A DNA stretch of 63,215 bases, filler included, from Basidiobolus ranarum (lineage: Eukaryota): assembly GCA_040143965.1 (NCBI GenBank). It is 44 parts of 44 records of this genome, joined end to end, with 100 filler letters (N's around TTAATTAATTAA, not from the genome) between each part and the next. Parts side by side here need not be neighbours in the genome. Positions count along the whole stretch, not along the records: positions 12,995 to 14,336 come from JASJQH010005470.1; positions 14,437 to 15,778 come from JASJQH010005471.1; positions 15,879 to 17,219 come from JASJQH010005472.1; positions 17,320 to 18,660 come from JASJQH010005473.1; positions 18,761 to 20,101 come from JASJQH010005474.1; positions 20,202 to 21,542 come from JASJQH010005475.1; positions 21,643 to 22,983 come from JASJQH010005476.1; positions 23,084 to 24,424 come from JASJQH010005477.1; 36 more parts are not named here. One strand, 5' to 3'. How positions within the stretch are numbered: position 1 is the stretch's first letter; each line of letters starts with the position of its first letter. The position numbers were made by a program, and so were the translations under genes. Positions 12,895-24,524 of the stretch are shown here, piece after piece. The notes under the pieces are model-generated. The model did no database searches. It was given only the letters and a program-made list of their open reading frames with translations, and was not told the DNA's origin.

Positions 12895-12994
12895 NNNNNN
12901 NNNNNNNNNNNNNNNNNNNNNNNNNNNNNNNNNNNNNNTTAATTAATTAANNNNNNNNNNNNNNNNNNNNNNNNNNNNNNNNNNNNNNNNNNNN

Positions 12995-13534
12995 TGCATC
13001 AGCATATCCATCCAAAATAAGTAACATGTTACACTGCTTACTAGATTGAATTCCATGATGTATTGTTCCTTTCAGATAGTGTATTATCTGTTTCACTGCT
13101 ATCCAATGTTCCATTGCTGGATTTTCCATATATTTGCTTACTATGCTTACTGCTGTAGCAATATCAGGCCTTGTAGCAGTTGTTGCATACATGAGACTTC
13201 CAACTACACTACAGTAAGGAATATCTTTCATGATTTCAATATCTTCAGAGATCTTTGGTTTAATATCCATAGTGAGTTTCAGCATACATAGTGGATTTGA
13301 AGCTGTCTTACATTCTGACATAGTGAAACTGTTTAAAACATCTCAAATTTATTTTTCATATGAAATACAGAGTGATCCAATAGTGGAATTTTGATGTATC
13401 TGCATACCAACACAATATGCTAGTGATCCAAGATCTTGCATTTCAAACTTGGTAGATAGCCAGGTCTTAGTTTGTTTCATCAGATCTGGGCAATTATTAA
13501 CTATTATAATATCATCAACATAGTGAGCAATTAT
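12995..13534 (-). mobile_element. Copia RT C-terminal fragment
   Basis: YVDDII, PY.SVVGSLMY...TRPDIA.AV, HWIAVKQIIHYLKGT, GYADA. Confidence 0.92.
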
Positions 13535-13980
13535 TATTGGGAAAACATGGGCTGTTTGGAGGAACTTTAGAAAAGTGGAGTTGTGAATAGCTTTGTGAGA
13601 TAATAGTTTATTGTCCAGAAATAGAGCATTTATACTTTTTGATGGAAATACAGAAAACTAACACTGGGGTTGTGTTCAGAATATCTGTGGGAGTAAAATG
13701 AGCTATCTTTGGGGCAATGTGGAAAAGTTTGAAATTTCCAATATGTAATTGCTAATTCTCACATCATTCAAATATATATATAATATATGTTCCAATTTTC
13801 AGCTAAGTGATATTTGACTAAGTAATGTTAACTAACTTATATGTGATATATGAAGTAGTTTGGTGTATAAAGATAGAGATAATAAATATGATAAAGACAA
13901 TAAACTTCAACACTCCCACTTAACTAAATATTCATATATCTTAATCCTAACATAAATCTTGATTCTTCAAATTTTGGCTT
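13535..13980 (-). repeat. 3' LTR-A (13535-13912) with PPT and a short 3' internal stretch
   Basis: TGTTGAAG...CCCAATA; PPT GTTAAGTGGGAG adjacent. Confidence 0.9.
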
Positions 13981-14336
13981 TGTTGAGGTTTATTGTCTTA
14001 ATCATATTTGTTATCTCTATTTTTATACACCTAACTATATCATATAGCACATATAAGTTAGTAAACATTGCTTTGTCCAATATCACTTAACTGAAAATCA
14101 GAACATATATTATATACATATGTGAATAGTGTGACAATTAGCAATTCAAATATTAGAAGTTTCAAACTTGTCCAGATTGCCCAAAAATAGCTCATTTTAC
14201 TCCCACAGATGTTCTGAACACAACCCCAGTGTTAGTTTTCTGTATTTCCACCAAAATGTATAAATGCTTTATTTCTGGACAATAAATTATTATCTCACAA
14301 AGCTATTCACAACTCCACTTTTCTAAAGTTCCTCCA
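13981..14336 (+). repeat. LTR-A, inverted head-to-head with the neighbouring copy
   Basis: Reverse complement of 13555-13912 with scattered substitutions. Confidence 0.9.
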
Positions 14337-14436
14337 NNNNNNNNNNNNNNNNNNNNNNNNNNNNNNNNNNNNNNNNNNNNTTAATTAATTAANNNNNNNN
14401 NNNNNNNNNNNNNNNNNNNNNNNNNNNNNNNNNNNN

Positions 14437-14730
14437 TCCTTATCAATCTATAGTTGGTAGTTTGATGTATATCATGGTTGGAACATGGCCAGATATTGCA
14501 TATTCTGTGGGATTTATGTGCCAATATCTTCAAAATTATGTATCTGAACAAATCATAGCAGTTAAGCGGATTTTCAGATATTTGAAAGGTACTGTGGATC
14601 TATGCTTAAAATACACATATTCTGGATCAAATTTTGATCTGATGGGATATTCAGATGCAAATTGGGGAAGAGATATTGAAGACAGGAGATCTACAACAGG
14701 ATACTTGTTTCTTTGCCAAAATGGAGCTAT
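14437..14730 (+). mobile_element. Copia RT/RNase H junction fragment
   Basis: PYQSIVGSLMY, VKRIFRYLKGT, GYSDANWG.D.EDRRSTTGY. Confidence 0.92.
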
Positions 14731-15108
14731 TGTTGAAGTGTATTGTCTTTATTGTATTTGTTATCTTTATCTTTATACACCTAACTATTTCATATATCAC
14801 ATATAAGTTAGTTAACATTACTTAGTGCAATATCACTTGGCTGAAAATTGAAACATATATTATATATATATGTGAATAATGTGAGAATTGGCAATTCCAT
14901 ATTGGAAATTTCAAACTTGTCCAAATTGCCCCAAATATAGCTCATTTTACTCCCACAGATTTTCTGAACACAACCCCAGTGTTAGTTTTCAGCATTTCTA
15001 CCAAAAAGTATAAATGCTTTATTTCTGGACAATAAATAATTATATGACAAAGCTATTCACAACCCCACTTTTCTAAAGTTCCTCCAAACAGCCTATATTT
15101 TCCCAATA
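14731..15108 (+). repeat. Full-length LTR-A (378 bp) without matching TSD
   Basis: TGTTGAAG...CCCAATA; flanks GCTAT and GTTAC belong to unrelated sequences. Confidence 0.9.
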
Positions 15109-15778
15109 GTTACAACCATATCATAAACCTGGTTTCCTTCTTTTGTAACCTTTGTACTTGCCAAAGCTATGTTTTCCAGCTCCAAAAAGAGCCACTTCCT
15201 CAGATTCTTTTTCCCAATTTTTACTTTGGAGATGTTGATCCATTAGCCTTGCCATCACAAACTCCAAAGACAACTTGTCAAATCTTGCTTCCAAAGCTGT
15301 GACCAAGTTTGAGTACTGTTCTGGTAGACTACTTAGAAGAGTAATAACAACATCTTCTTCCTGTAAAGTTGCACCAATATTTTCCAGTTGTTTTGCAAAA
15401 GATCTCACAAATGCAATATAGGTAACAATGATTTCAGACTTTTCCATCATTATATTGAGGAATTTTCATTGGAGAAAGAGTCTATTAGCAAGACTCTTTG
15501 CTTCATAACACTCTTCCAATATAGTCCAAGCTTGATGGGAAGTCTTTGCATATTGAATATTCACAAGTTGTGAATCCTTCAAACTTTGACAAATGACATT
15601 AAAGGCCTTCTTGTCTCTTTTCTTGTAAGCTTCCAATAAAGAAGGGTCAGAAGGTTCCTTTTCATCTCCAGAGACTACATCCCAAAGCTCCCTGTCTTCC
15701 AGCATGATTTGCATCTTGAACTTCCAGAAATTGTAATTTTCTCCATCAAGCTTTTCAACACTTAAGTTAATAAAAGTG
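15109..15778 (-). mobile_element. Copia gag (UBN2-type) fragment with a frameshift
   Basis: EKLDGENYNFWKFKM..MLEDRELWDVVSG; LLSSLPEQY..LVTALE. Confidence 0.9.
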
Positions 15779-15878
15779 NNNNNNNNNNNNNNNNNNNNNN
15801 NNNNNNNNNNNNNNNNNNNNNNTTAATTAATTAANNNNNNNNNNNNNNNNNNNNNNNNNNNNNNNNNNNNNNNNNNNN

Positions 15879-16472
15879 AGATTTAGAGACTCTAATTTCC
15901 TTCCATTTCCTGGAGTATTTCCCAATAGAGTTCATATCAGAAGTATTCTTGACACATTTCCAGTCAGAATTAACAGGCCCAAAAGCAACCAAAAGCTATT
16001 CTATTCTGGCAAGTACAAAGCCCACTGTGTAAAGTTCCAGGCTTTGACAGATTTGGAAGGAAACATCATTTGGTTCAGTGGGCTACTTCCAGGGAGACAC
16101 CATGACAAAAGGCTTTGGGTTGAGAGGCATGCACCATTTGTAAGATATGAGAAGACTATGGCTGATTTGGCATATGTTGGGGAAGAATGCAGAAGGCTAG
16201 GATGTGTCACTGCTAACAAGAGGCCCAGAGGAGGGATACTCACAGAGAGGCAAAAGCTTTATAATGACATTTTTTCCCATTTTAGAGCAAGAGTAGAACA
16301 TAGCTTTGGTTTCCTAAAGAGATATAGCATTGTAGCAGGAAAGTATAGAGGAAAATCATTTTGTGGGCCTCAATCAAAGTTAGGCAAAGTGGTCAAAATC
16401 TTGATTAATTTTCAATACATCCATACTCAAAGATATCCATTGAGAGCTCTAGACTTAAGACACTATGAATAA
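15879..16472 (+). CDS. PIF/Harbinger-ISL2EU (PHIS, DDE_Tnp_4-like) transposase, 5'-truncated, uninterrupted frame
   Basis: 198 codons open from the contig start: ILDTFPV.I.RP, FYSGKYKAHCVKFQ, PGRHHD, MADLAYVG, YN...SHFRARVEHSFGFLKRY (D-D-E triad present). Confidence 0.9.
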   Translation, partial: RFRDSNFLPFPGVFPNRVHIRSILDTFPVRINRPKSNQKLFYSGKYKAHCVKFQALTDLEGNIIWFSGLLPGRHHDKRLWVERHAPFVRYEKTMADLAYVGEECRRLGCVTANKRPRGGILTERQKLYNDIFSHFRARVEHSFGFLKRYSIVAGKYRGKSFCGPQSKLGKVVKILINFQYIHTQRYPLRALDLRHYE

Positions 16473-16658
16473 AGCTTCCATTATGTTTTGAATGTGCCAT
16501 AATGTCTAAAAGTACTTTTCTCAAACATACCACATAAGTAAAATAAACTGTTTCCAAAATGGTAAATAACATCGTGCCGGATAGTGCCCAATCATGCCAA
16601 TTTGTGCTGGCACACTTTTTAGCTGGTCTGATCTGGCTCAATAAAATGGAACAAGTCT
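16473..16658 (+). mobile_element. Right end of the PHIS element, TIR TGGAACAAGTCT followed by target ATT
   Basis: Copia sequence resumes at 16659 exactly as in the empty site at 262 (AACT-ATT-ATATG); TGCC-type subterminal motifs. Confidence 0.8.
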
Positions 16659-17219
16659 ATTATATGATATTCTGGAATCAAGCAGCTATATGAGTTGTGA
16701 AACATTAGGCAGCATTGGAAATGCACCAATTTATACCAGAAAACCTGATAATTACTCTGAGGGTACTGATAGTTTGGAACCAGCGTCTGAAAATCAGCAT
16801 AGTATCACTGCCAATGAAAAATATGGTAATCAGAAAAAGATATTTTCCAGCCAATCAGGAATCAGGAAATTGGGCTCAGAAACAAGGCAATGATTTTCTG
16901 ACCAATCACATGCCTAAGAAATATTCCACTCTAAATTTGGCTAATATTGGATGCAATCGATTATTGGAAGTATGCAATCAATCACAACAAGTATTCAATC
17001 AATCACAAAATTCAGGCAATCAGGTCTCAGAAATCCTACCAAGTGGAAATCAGAAACATCCTGTAAGTGAAACATCTGACCATTCTACCAAGGACTTTGG
17101 ATGTCTCAAATCAGAGCATAAAATCAACAGTTTCAATTCAGAAAAAGGGTGGAATATATCTGCACATATAGCATTTTCTGAACCAGAAAATTTGACACAA
17201 GCTCTGAAATCTGATGAAG
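16659..17219 (+). mobile_element. Copia IN-RT linker (same family as 1-1345)
   Basis: Near-colinear with 262-823; ends EPENLTQALKSDE. Confidence 0.9.
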
Positions 17220-17319
17220 NNNNNNNNNNNNNNNNNNNNNNNNNNNNNNNNNNNNNNNNNNNNTTAATTAATTAANNNNNNNNNNNNNNNNNNNNNNNNN
17301 NNNNNNNNNNNNNNNNNNN

Positions 17320-18660
17320 ATCTTAGGCTTATGTTTGATATTAGACACACTATTTGGTAAATTGATATTGGTGAACATGTTGAAATCTGACTGGGCTCTT
17401 GATGGTAAAATCATGGAGTTTAGTGTTGTATTTGGATAGTAGGAATGCATATGCCTGATAGAGTGGACTTCATGTGATTTGACAAAGTCTACAGCAAGAT
17501 AGTGCATTGTGCCCACAAAAACCTCCAAGTTTGCTGATGCCAGGAGTGTCACCAATACATACAATGATATTAGCTTTAATAAAATATTCACCCATCTGAA
17601 CCCTATTAGATAACCTTGCAAATTCTGCAATCAAAGGCTCCAGGAAGCTATCCTTAAACACTGGTGATTTAGGTCCAGTTATGATGGATTGTATCAAAAT
17701 ATTATGACTCTTATTCCATTCAGAAGGAGGAAGATTTAAGTTAATTAAAATTTTTGGCCAGCAATCCTATCCAATGGTATATTTGCTTAGCAAGAAAGCC
17801 TCCAGAGCCAGTGTAAATGCCTGAACATACATGTTCCCAAAGGGACCTTGACTTTTCAGATTCTGGCAGTGCTATCCATGAAGTAAATCAGTAATATCAT
17901 CAGCTTTATGGTGAGTACTTTGGTATTGGATCAATGATCTATAATTGGGTGATTTCATCAAGAATTTATGATGAGGTACCAACGGTATGTTGGCCAATAT
18001 GCATTGGGAAAATATGGGCTGTTTGCAGAACATTAGAAAAGTGGAGTTGTGAATAGCTTTGTGAGATAATTATTAATTGTCCAGAAATAAATCATTTATA
18101 CATTTTGGTGGAAATACAGAAAACTAACACCGGGGTTGTGTTCAGAATATCTGTGGGAGTAAAATGAGCTATATTTGGGGCAATTTGGACAAGTTTGAAA
18201 TTTCCAATATGGAATTGCTTATTCTCACATTATTCACATATGTATATAATATATATTCTATTTACAGTTAAGTGATATTTGACTAAGTAATGTTAACTAA
18301 CTTATATGTGATATATGAAATAGTGAGGTGTTTAAAGATAGAGATAACAAATATGATAACAACAATAAACTTCAACAATATGAATAATATTTACCTAATT
18401 CAGTGATCACCAATTGTGTGCAAACAGTACATGACTCCAGTTTTCTCAGATCACCAGTGAAAGTCAAACAACCATTTGGACATGAAGGTAGTTTAATTAC
18501 TGAAGGATAATAAGTTATATGATTGACAAGTGTTTTCCACTTGTACCAGGTCTGTGGCAAGCAACACCTGACAATCAACTGTGGTAAAAGTGTAAGAAAA
18601 CCAATAAACACCTGGGTGCTAAGATTGAATTGAACTCGCAAAATAGCTCCTTTGCCCACT
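17320..18660 (-). mobile_element. CACTA-like transposase fragment interrupted by a solo LTR
   Basis: GPKSP..DSFLEPL, CIGDTPG, GHNALSCCR, CPNGC; flanks rejoin across the LTR. Confidence 0.88.
18002..18377 (-). repeat. Solo LTR-A with 5-bp TSD ATATG
   Basis: ATATG at 17997-18001 and 18378-18382. Confidence 0.93.
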
Positions 18661-18760
18661 NNNNNNNNNNNNNNNNNNNNNNNNNNNNNNNNNNNNNNNN
18701 NNNNTTAATTAATTAANNNNNNNNNNNNNNNNNNNNNNNNNNNNNNNNNNNNNNNNNNNN

Positions 18761-18927
18761 TAATTGCTAATTCTCACATAATTCACATATATATAAAATA
18801 TATGTTCCGATTTGCAGCAAAGTGATATTTGACTAAATAATGTTGACTAACTAATATGTGATATATGAAATTGTTAGGTGTATAAAGATAGGGATAACAT
18901 ATATGATAAAGACAATAAACTTCAACA
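18761..18927 (-). repeat. LTR-A 5' part; followed by a CACTA N-terminal scrap (18928-19036)
   Basis: Ends AAACTTCAACA on the plus strand; the scrap encodes HATTQIFKEAL, as at 3560-3600. Confidence 0.85.
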
Positions 18928-19036
18928 GCCTCTGGCTTTTATAGCACAAGAATTTGTGACAATAATAGCAGGGCTTCTTTAAATATTTGTGTTGTTGCAT
19001 GAGGAGGATGTTGCAGAAAAAATAACACCTTCTTCA

Positions 19037-20101
19037 TATTGGGAAAATATGGGCTCTTTGGAGGAAGTTTGAAAAGTGGAGTTGGAAATAGCTTTGTGAG
19101 ATAATTATTCATTGTCCAGAAATAAAGCATTTATACATTTTGGTGGAAATACAGAAAACTAACACTGGGGTTGAGTTCAGAACATCTGCCAGAGTAAAAT
19201 AAGCTATCTTTGGGGCAATTTGGAAAAGTTTGAAGTTTCCAATATGGAGTTGCTAATTTTCACATTATTCACCTATATTTATAAAATATGTTCTGATTTT
19301 TGGCTAAGTGATATTTGACCAAGTAATGTTAACCAACTTATATGTGATATAAGAAATAGTTAGGTGCATGAAGATAGAGATAACAAATATGATAAAGACA
19401 ATAAACTTCAACAATCCCACTCAACTAAATATGATTTTTGGTCATCAGGTAACTTAACCAAAGTCCAAGTTTGATTATCTATGAGTGACTGATACTCCTC
19501 TGCCATTGAAGCATCCCAAAACTTTGTGTTGGAACTCTTCATAGCCTCCTGTACTGATTTGGGCTCATCAGAAAAGGCTAAATTAGTACTAGGCTGCTTT
19601 TGGCTAGTGTGGGAGTAGTAATCAGATGGCAATCTCATTGAACTGGATCTCCTAAGATAGGAAATAGGCACTACAACTTCTGGTGCCAATGTAGGCAACG
19701 TAACCACCTCAGGCTTGGTTTAGGAGCCCACAGGGGAGGAATTCTCAATGTTTTTCTCAGTGATCAGGATCTTGTGAGAGAAAGAAAAGATATTCATCAA
19801 TATTGGGTTGATTTTCTTGATACTGGATTGTTTTTATTGAAAATTTTTGTTCTTCATCAAATTCCATCTCCCTTGACTTAATTAGCCTCCGATTTTCAGT
19901 GTCATATAGTATGTACCCTTTTGCTCTATCAAAATATCCCACAAAAAGACATTTCTGGCTTTTTTGGTCCAATTTTGATCTCTTCTGGTTTGGAATCATT
20001 GCATATGTGGTACTTCCAAAAACTCTGAGATTAGCCACATCAGGTTTACTTCCAAACCAAGCTTGATAAGGTGTCATAGTCAATAGAGACCTAGAAGGAC
20101 A
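19037..20101 (-). mobile_element. Internally deleted copia: integrase C-terminus/SH3, RT start, then directly PPT and 3' LTR-A (19037-19413)
   Basis: TPYQAWFGSKPDVANLRVFG, RSKLD, CLFVGY; EP.SV.EAM, EEYQSLIDNQTWTLV; PPT at 19414-19430. Confidence 0.9.
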
Positions 20102-20201
20102 NNNNNNNNNNNNNNNNNNNNNNNNNNNNNNNNNNNNNNNNNNNNTTAATTAATTAANNNNNNNNNNNNNNNNNNNNNNNNNNNNNNNNNNNNNNNNNNN
20201 N

Positions 20202-21542
20202 ATAAGGACAGTAAGGTGATACTTGCCTTATATGTAGATGATCTGATTATAGCTACCAATAATGATGAAGTTCTCAGGAACACCAAAAGAGATCTATCAG
20301 TCCAATTCAAGACGACCAATTTAGGTGAACTTATGTATTCTTTAGGTCTGCAGATCCATATATATATATTGAGTAAATCTATCACTCTGAGTCAATCGAA
20401 ATACATCTCAGACATGCTCAGACGTTACAGGATGGAGAATTGTAAGCCAGTAGCAACTCCCATGGATCCAGGTGTGAAACTGATCAAAAATCCCATCAAA
20501 AATGATGAAAATTAGCCAAATATGGCTCAGAATATGTTATTTAAACACCCTGAGTTCCCTTATCAAACTATGGTAGGTAGTTTGATCTATGCTATGACTG
20601 GAACCTGACCAGATATCTCTTTTGCAGTGGGAGTATTCAGCCAACATGTGCAAAATCCAGGATCGGAGCATTATGCAGCAGTTAAGTGGATTTTCAGATA
20701 TTTGAAGGGGACAATTGATCTGCAATCAAGATACACATATTCTTATGAGAATAAGGATCTAATTGGGTTTAGTAATGCAGACTGGGATGTGATATTGAGG
20801 ACAGAAGATCTATCACTGGATATACCTTTCTCTATAGTGAAGCAGCCATATCTTGGAATAGCAAAAAACAACCCACCATAGCACTTTCACACAACTGAAG
20901 CAGAGTACATGGCAGCATCACATACAACAAAGGAGGCTATGTGGTTAAGGAAACTGTTCAAGGACTTAGGCATTATTCAAAGTTCACCCACCATAATTTT
21001 CAAGGATAATCAAAGTTGTATTTCTTTAACTAAAAATCCCAAACTTCATGATAGAAGTAAGCACATTGACATTCAACATCACTTTGTTAGGGAAGCTATT
21101 GAGATTAAGCATGTCCAACTACAGTACTGTCCAACCAAGGACATGATTGCTAACATCCTTACCAAAGCATTACCCAAGCCAAAAGTTGAAGTGTTAAAAT
21201 TTAATTAGGACAAAGATATATGAATAGTTAGTTGAGTGGGAGTGTTGAAGTTTATTGTCTTTATCACGTTTGTTATCTCTATCTTTATACACCTAACTAT
21301 TTCATATATCATATATAAGTTAGTTAACATTACTTAGTCAAATATCACTTAGCTGAAAATTGGAACATATATTAAATACATATGTGAATAATGTGAGAAT
21401 TAGCAATTCCATATTGGAAAATTCAAACTCATCCAAATTGCCCCAAAAATAGCTCATTTTACTCCCACAGTTGTTCTGAACACAACCCCAGTGTTAGTTT
21501 TCTGTATTTCCACCAAAAAGTATAAATGCTTTATATCTGGAC
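20202..21542 (+). mobile_element. Copia RT-RNase H, PPT (21228-21242) and 3' LTR-A (from 21243)
   Basis: LYVDDLII, EAEYMAA, DNQSCI, RSKHIDIQHHFVRE, DMIANILTKAL; links LTR-A to a copia internal region. Confidence 0.95.
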
Positions 21543-21642
21543 NNNNNNNNNNNNNNNNNNNNNNNNNNNNNNNNNNNNNNNNNNNNTTAATTAATTAANN
21601 NNNNNNNNNNNNNNNNNNNNNNNNNNNNNNNNNNNNNNNNNN

Positions 21643-21771
21643 TGTTAGTTTTCCATATTTCCACCAAAATGTATAAATGCTTCATTTCTGGGCAATAAAT
21701 AATTATCTCACAAAGCTAATCACCATTTGATTTTTCTAAAGTTCCTCCAAACAGCCCATATTTTCCCAATA
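21643..21771 (+). repeat. LTR-A 3' part, inserted into gypsy RT
   Basis: Ends CCCATATTTTCCCAATA. Confidence 0.88.
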
Positions 21772-22983
21772 GAAGCAAGCTGATTCAAGAGTGACTTGAT
21801 TAAAGGCAAGGGGTACTGATTTTTGACTGTAATCCTATTTAGGCCTGGATAATCAACATAGGAGTGATCCATCCTTTTTCTTAACAAATAAGATTGGAGA
21901 GCCTGCTGGAGACTTTGAATGTTGGATAAACCTCTCACCAGGTTTCCTGCAATATACTCTTTCAGAATGTTGAGTTGTGGCCAAATGGTGGTTGTTTTCC
22001 TTCTTGTAGATCTATAGGGCACTCATATAGGTGGTGAGCTGGGAGTTTATTGGATATCTTCTTGTAAAAAACATTAGCAAAATGTAAGTATTTGGGTGGG
22101 AGCTTATGAACCATAGGTTTTGTTGGTTTCAGCTCTTCAGCAGCACTGTCAATGTTGGTGTCATAGATGTTTTGAGGAGTTGGGCTGATGATGAGTTGGA
22201 TACTTTTCAGGTTGGCAAACATGGACTAGGAGGTGGAGCTTGCTTGGACATGATAATCTTCTTCTTCCAGTCAATTACTGGGTTATGCTGTATGAAGCTT
22301 TAATGGTTGTTATAACTGCAGAGATTGTGATGTATGGTGAAGAAAAATTTTTGAAGAAGGTTGGCCCAACTGCATGCCCATTATTGCAGCTGGGCATTGA
22401 AGTTTTCTGATGGTTGGGAAGAGTCCTCTGCTACTTGCATATTCTTGATCTTAAATCCAAATGTTTTATGGACAGGTTCTTGCTACATGTCCAGGAGCTC
22501 CACAATAGAGGCATAGATTCTCTTGTTGGCATCAATATTTCTCCTCAGGGCTAAGCTTTCTAAATCAAGTTCCATCAATTTGCATTGAGTCATCTGCTTG
22601 AGCTGTATTTTGTGTTTGATGGAAAAGAGGTTTAAAGGTAGATGAGGAAGGAGAGAAGAAAGGAGCCATATTTCTTTGTTCTTATCTTTCAAACAACCAG
22701 TTGTCACATTTAACTGCCTGATGGATAGCATCAGTCAAGGTCACTAGGTCAGCCATAGTGAGTAAAAGATCCTTAATATTTCTCAGAGCCCATATTAAAA
22801 TTGGTTGATCAGGGCAGATTCTGCCCAATTGAGATCACAGGGAAGAAGGTGGAATTCTGCAGCATAAGTTGATGCAGGCTTTGACCCTTGTTTCAGTGTA
22901 TGGAGCTTGGTGGCTCAAGTTCTTTCCTTATCTGCATTTGCAAAATGTAGCTTCCAGTTCAGCAAGAAAGGCAAGGAAGTTTG
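21772..22983 (-). mobile_element. Ty3/gypsy (Sushi/PEG10-like) gag to RT start, protease deleted, decayed
   Basis: Colinear with 36038-37200 and 54714-56047 apart from deletions; VDY.GLN.ITVKN.YPLPLI. Confidence 0.9.
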
Positions 22984-23083
22984 NNNNNNNNNNNNNNNNN
23001 NNNNNNNNNNNNNNNNNNNNNNNNNNNTTAATTAATTAANNNNNNNNNNNNNNNNNNNNNNNNNNNNNNNNNNNNNNNNNNNN

Positions 23084-23863
23084 ATGTGTACTACTAGCTG
23101 ATGAACCAACTTGTTGGGCTCTTGCCTTTGTTGGAGGTGTTACCTCAATTCTAGTGATGAGTTGTGTAGATTCTTCTTGTGAAATAGATACCTCGTCAGG
23201 AGTCTCTTTGATTTGGAGTGATCTAGTATGTCTCTGCAACGGTCTAGACTGCTCCAATTTGCCTTTGGGAATATCTTCTGATTCAATAAATTGTCTTGCT
23301 TTTCTCTTTACACCTCTGTTGATTACTCTTGCCATAGTGTCCTGAAATGTTGTTTTGAACTCTGCAACCTCCATCAACAGTTGCTGCAAAGTCTCATTGA
23401 GCAGTGGTAGATATCTATTTAGAACATCTTTTGTCTCTAAAGTTGAGGCCGCAATGGTTGCTTCCGGTCCATACAAGCGAAAACGCGATTGGAATCGTGT
23501 CTTTGCGGACTCAAAATCGAAATTCCTATTTCTCAATTCACGCTTTCTATCCTCATGAGTCTTATTGTATATTTTCTTGCAGACTTCTGAAGGCATGAAG
23601 ATATAGTATTCTCTCCAAAGCAGAGTTGAAAGTTGCTTCCACTTTTGTCTAATGCCCCCTTCCCCAGCTTCTGTCAAGTTTATCAATAACTCCCATATAT
23701 CCAAGCAAGAATTCATAGTGGATACCTGGGCATCTGTAAAATCATTAGGCGCGCGCTGCTTTGCACCACCTACACCTTCATTTGACTGCACGTGCAAAAT
23801 TTTGGAAGTGGTGGTTTCCTGTACCAAAGTAGGTTGTGAACCAGGAAGAATCTACTTTGACAT
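23084..23863 (-). pseudogene. Probable Myb/SANT-like (trihelix) DNA-binding partner of the PHIS transposase, with a premature TAG at codon 4
   Basis: RAPNDFTDAQV...KWKQLSTLL...SEVCKKIYN has trihelix-like spacing; ATG at 23863 is in frame with the long ORF; a PHIS transposase remnant lies divergently on the same contig. Confidence 0.6.
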
Positions 23864-24244
23864 GATACATAACTATCATATATATCTATGATGTTAGACT
23901 TTATTAGTTTCAATCAGAATTAGGGATCTTTTTTATTATTGGTTAGAATGTCAAAGTTAATTTCCTATAGTGTGATCAAGCTTAATGCATTTGGCTTTGA
24001 GCCGTTTCAATATATGCGCTTAATAAATTGATTTGGATCGAACTATGATTAACTTTGCTGATGCAGTTTATTATATAATTTCCATGCAATTACACATAAT
24101 TGAAATAATTAGGATAATAAATGCAAACAGAAATTTTATTATACAGAATGTAGGGAATTTTACCATGATAATTGAAATTCTTAGATAAATAACTCGCGCG
24201 CACCAAATTGATCACTATTGTGCCAACTCATACAAGATTAATAT

Positions 24245-24424
24245 CATTTTTTCCCATTTTAGAGCAAGAGTAGAACATGGCTATGGTTTCCTAAAGAGAT
24301 ATAGCATTGTAGAAGGAAAGTATAGAGGAAAATCATTTTGTGGGCCTCAATCAAAGTTAGGCAAAGTAGTCAAAATCTTGATTAATTCTCAATACATCCA
24401 TACTCAAAGATATCCATTGAGAGC
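24245..24424 (+). mobile_element. PHIS transposase C-terminal remnant
   Basis: Nearly identical to 16268-16447. Confidence 0.92.
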
Positions 24425-24524
24425 NNNNNNNNNNNNNNNNNNNNNNNNNNNNNNNNNNNNNNNNNNNNTTAATTAATTAANNNNNNNNNNNNNNNNNNNN
24501 NNNNNNNNNNNNNNNNNNNNNNNN

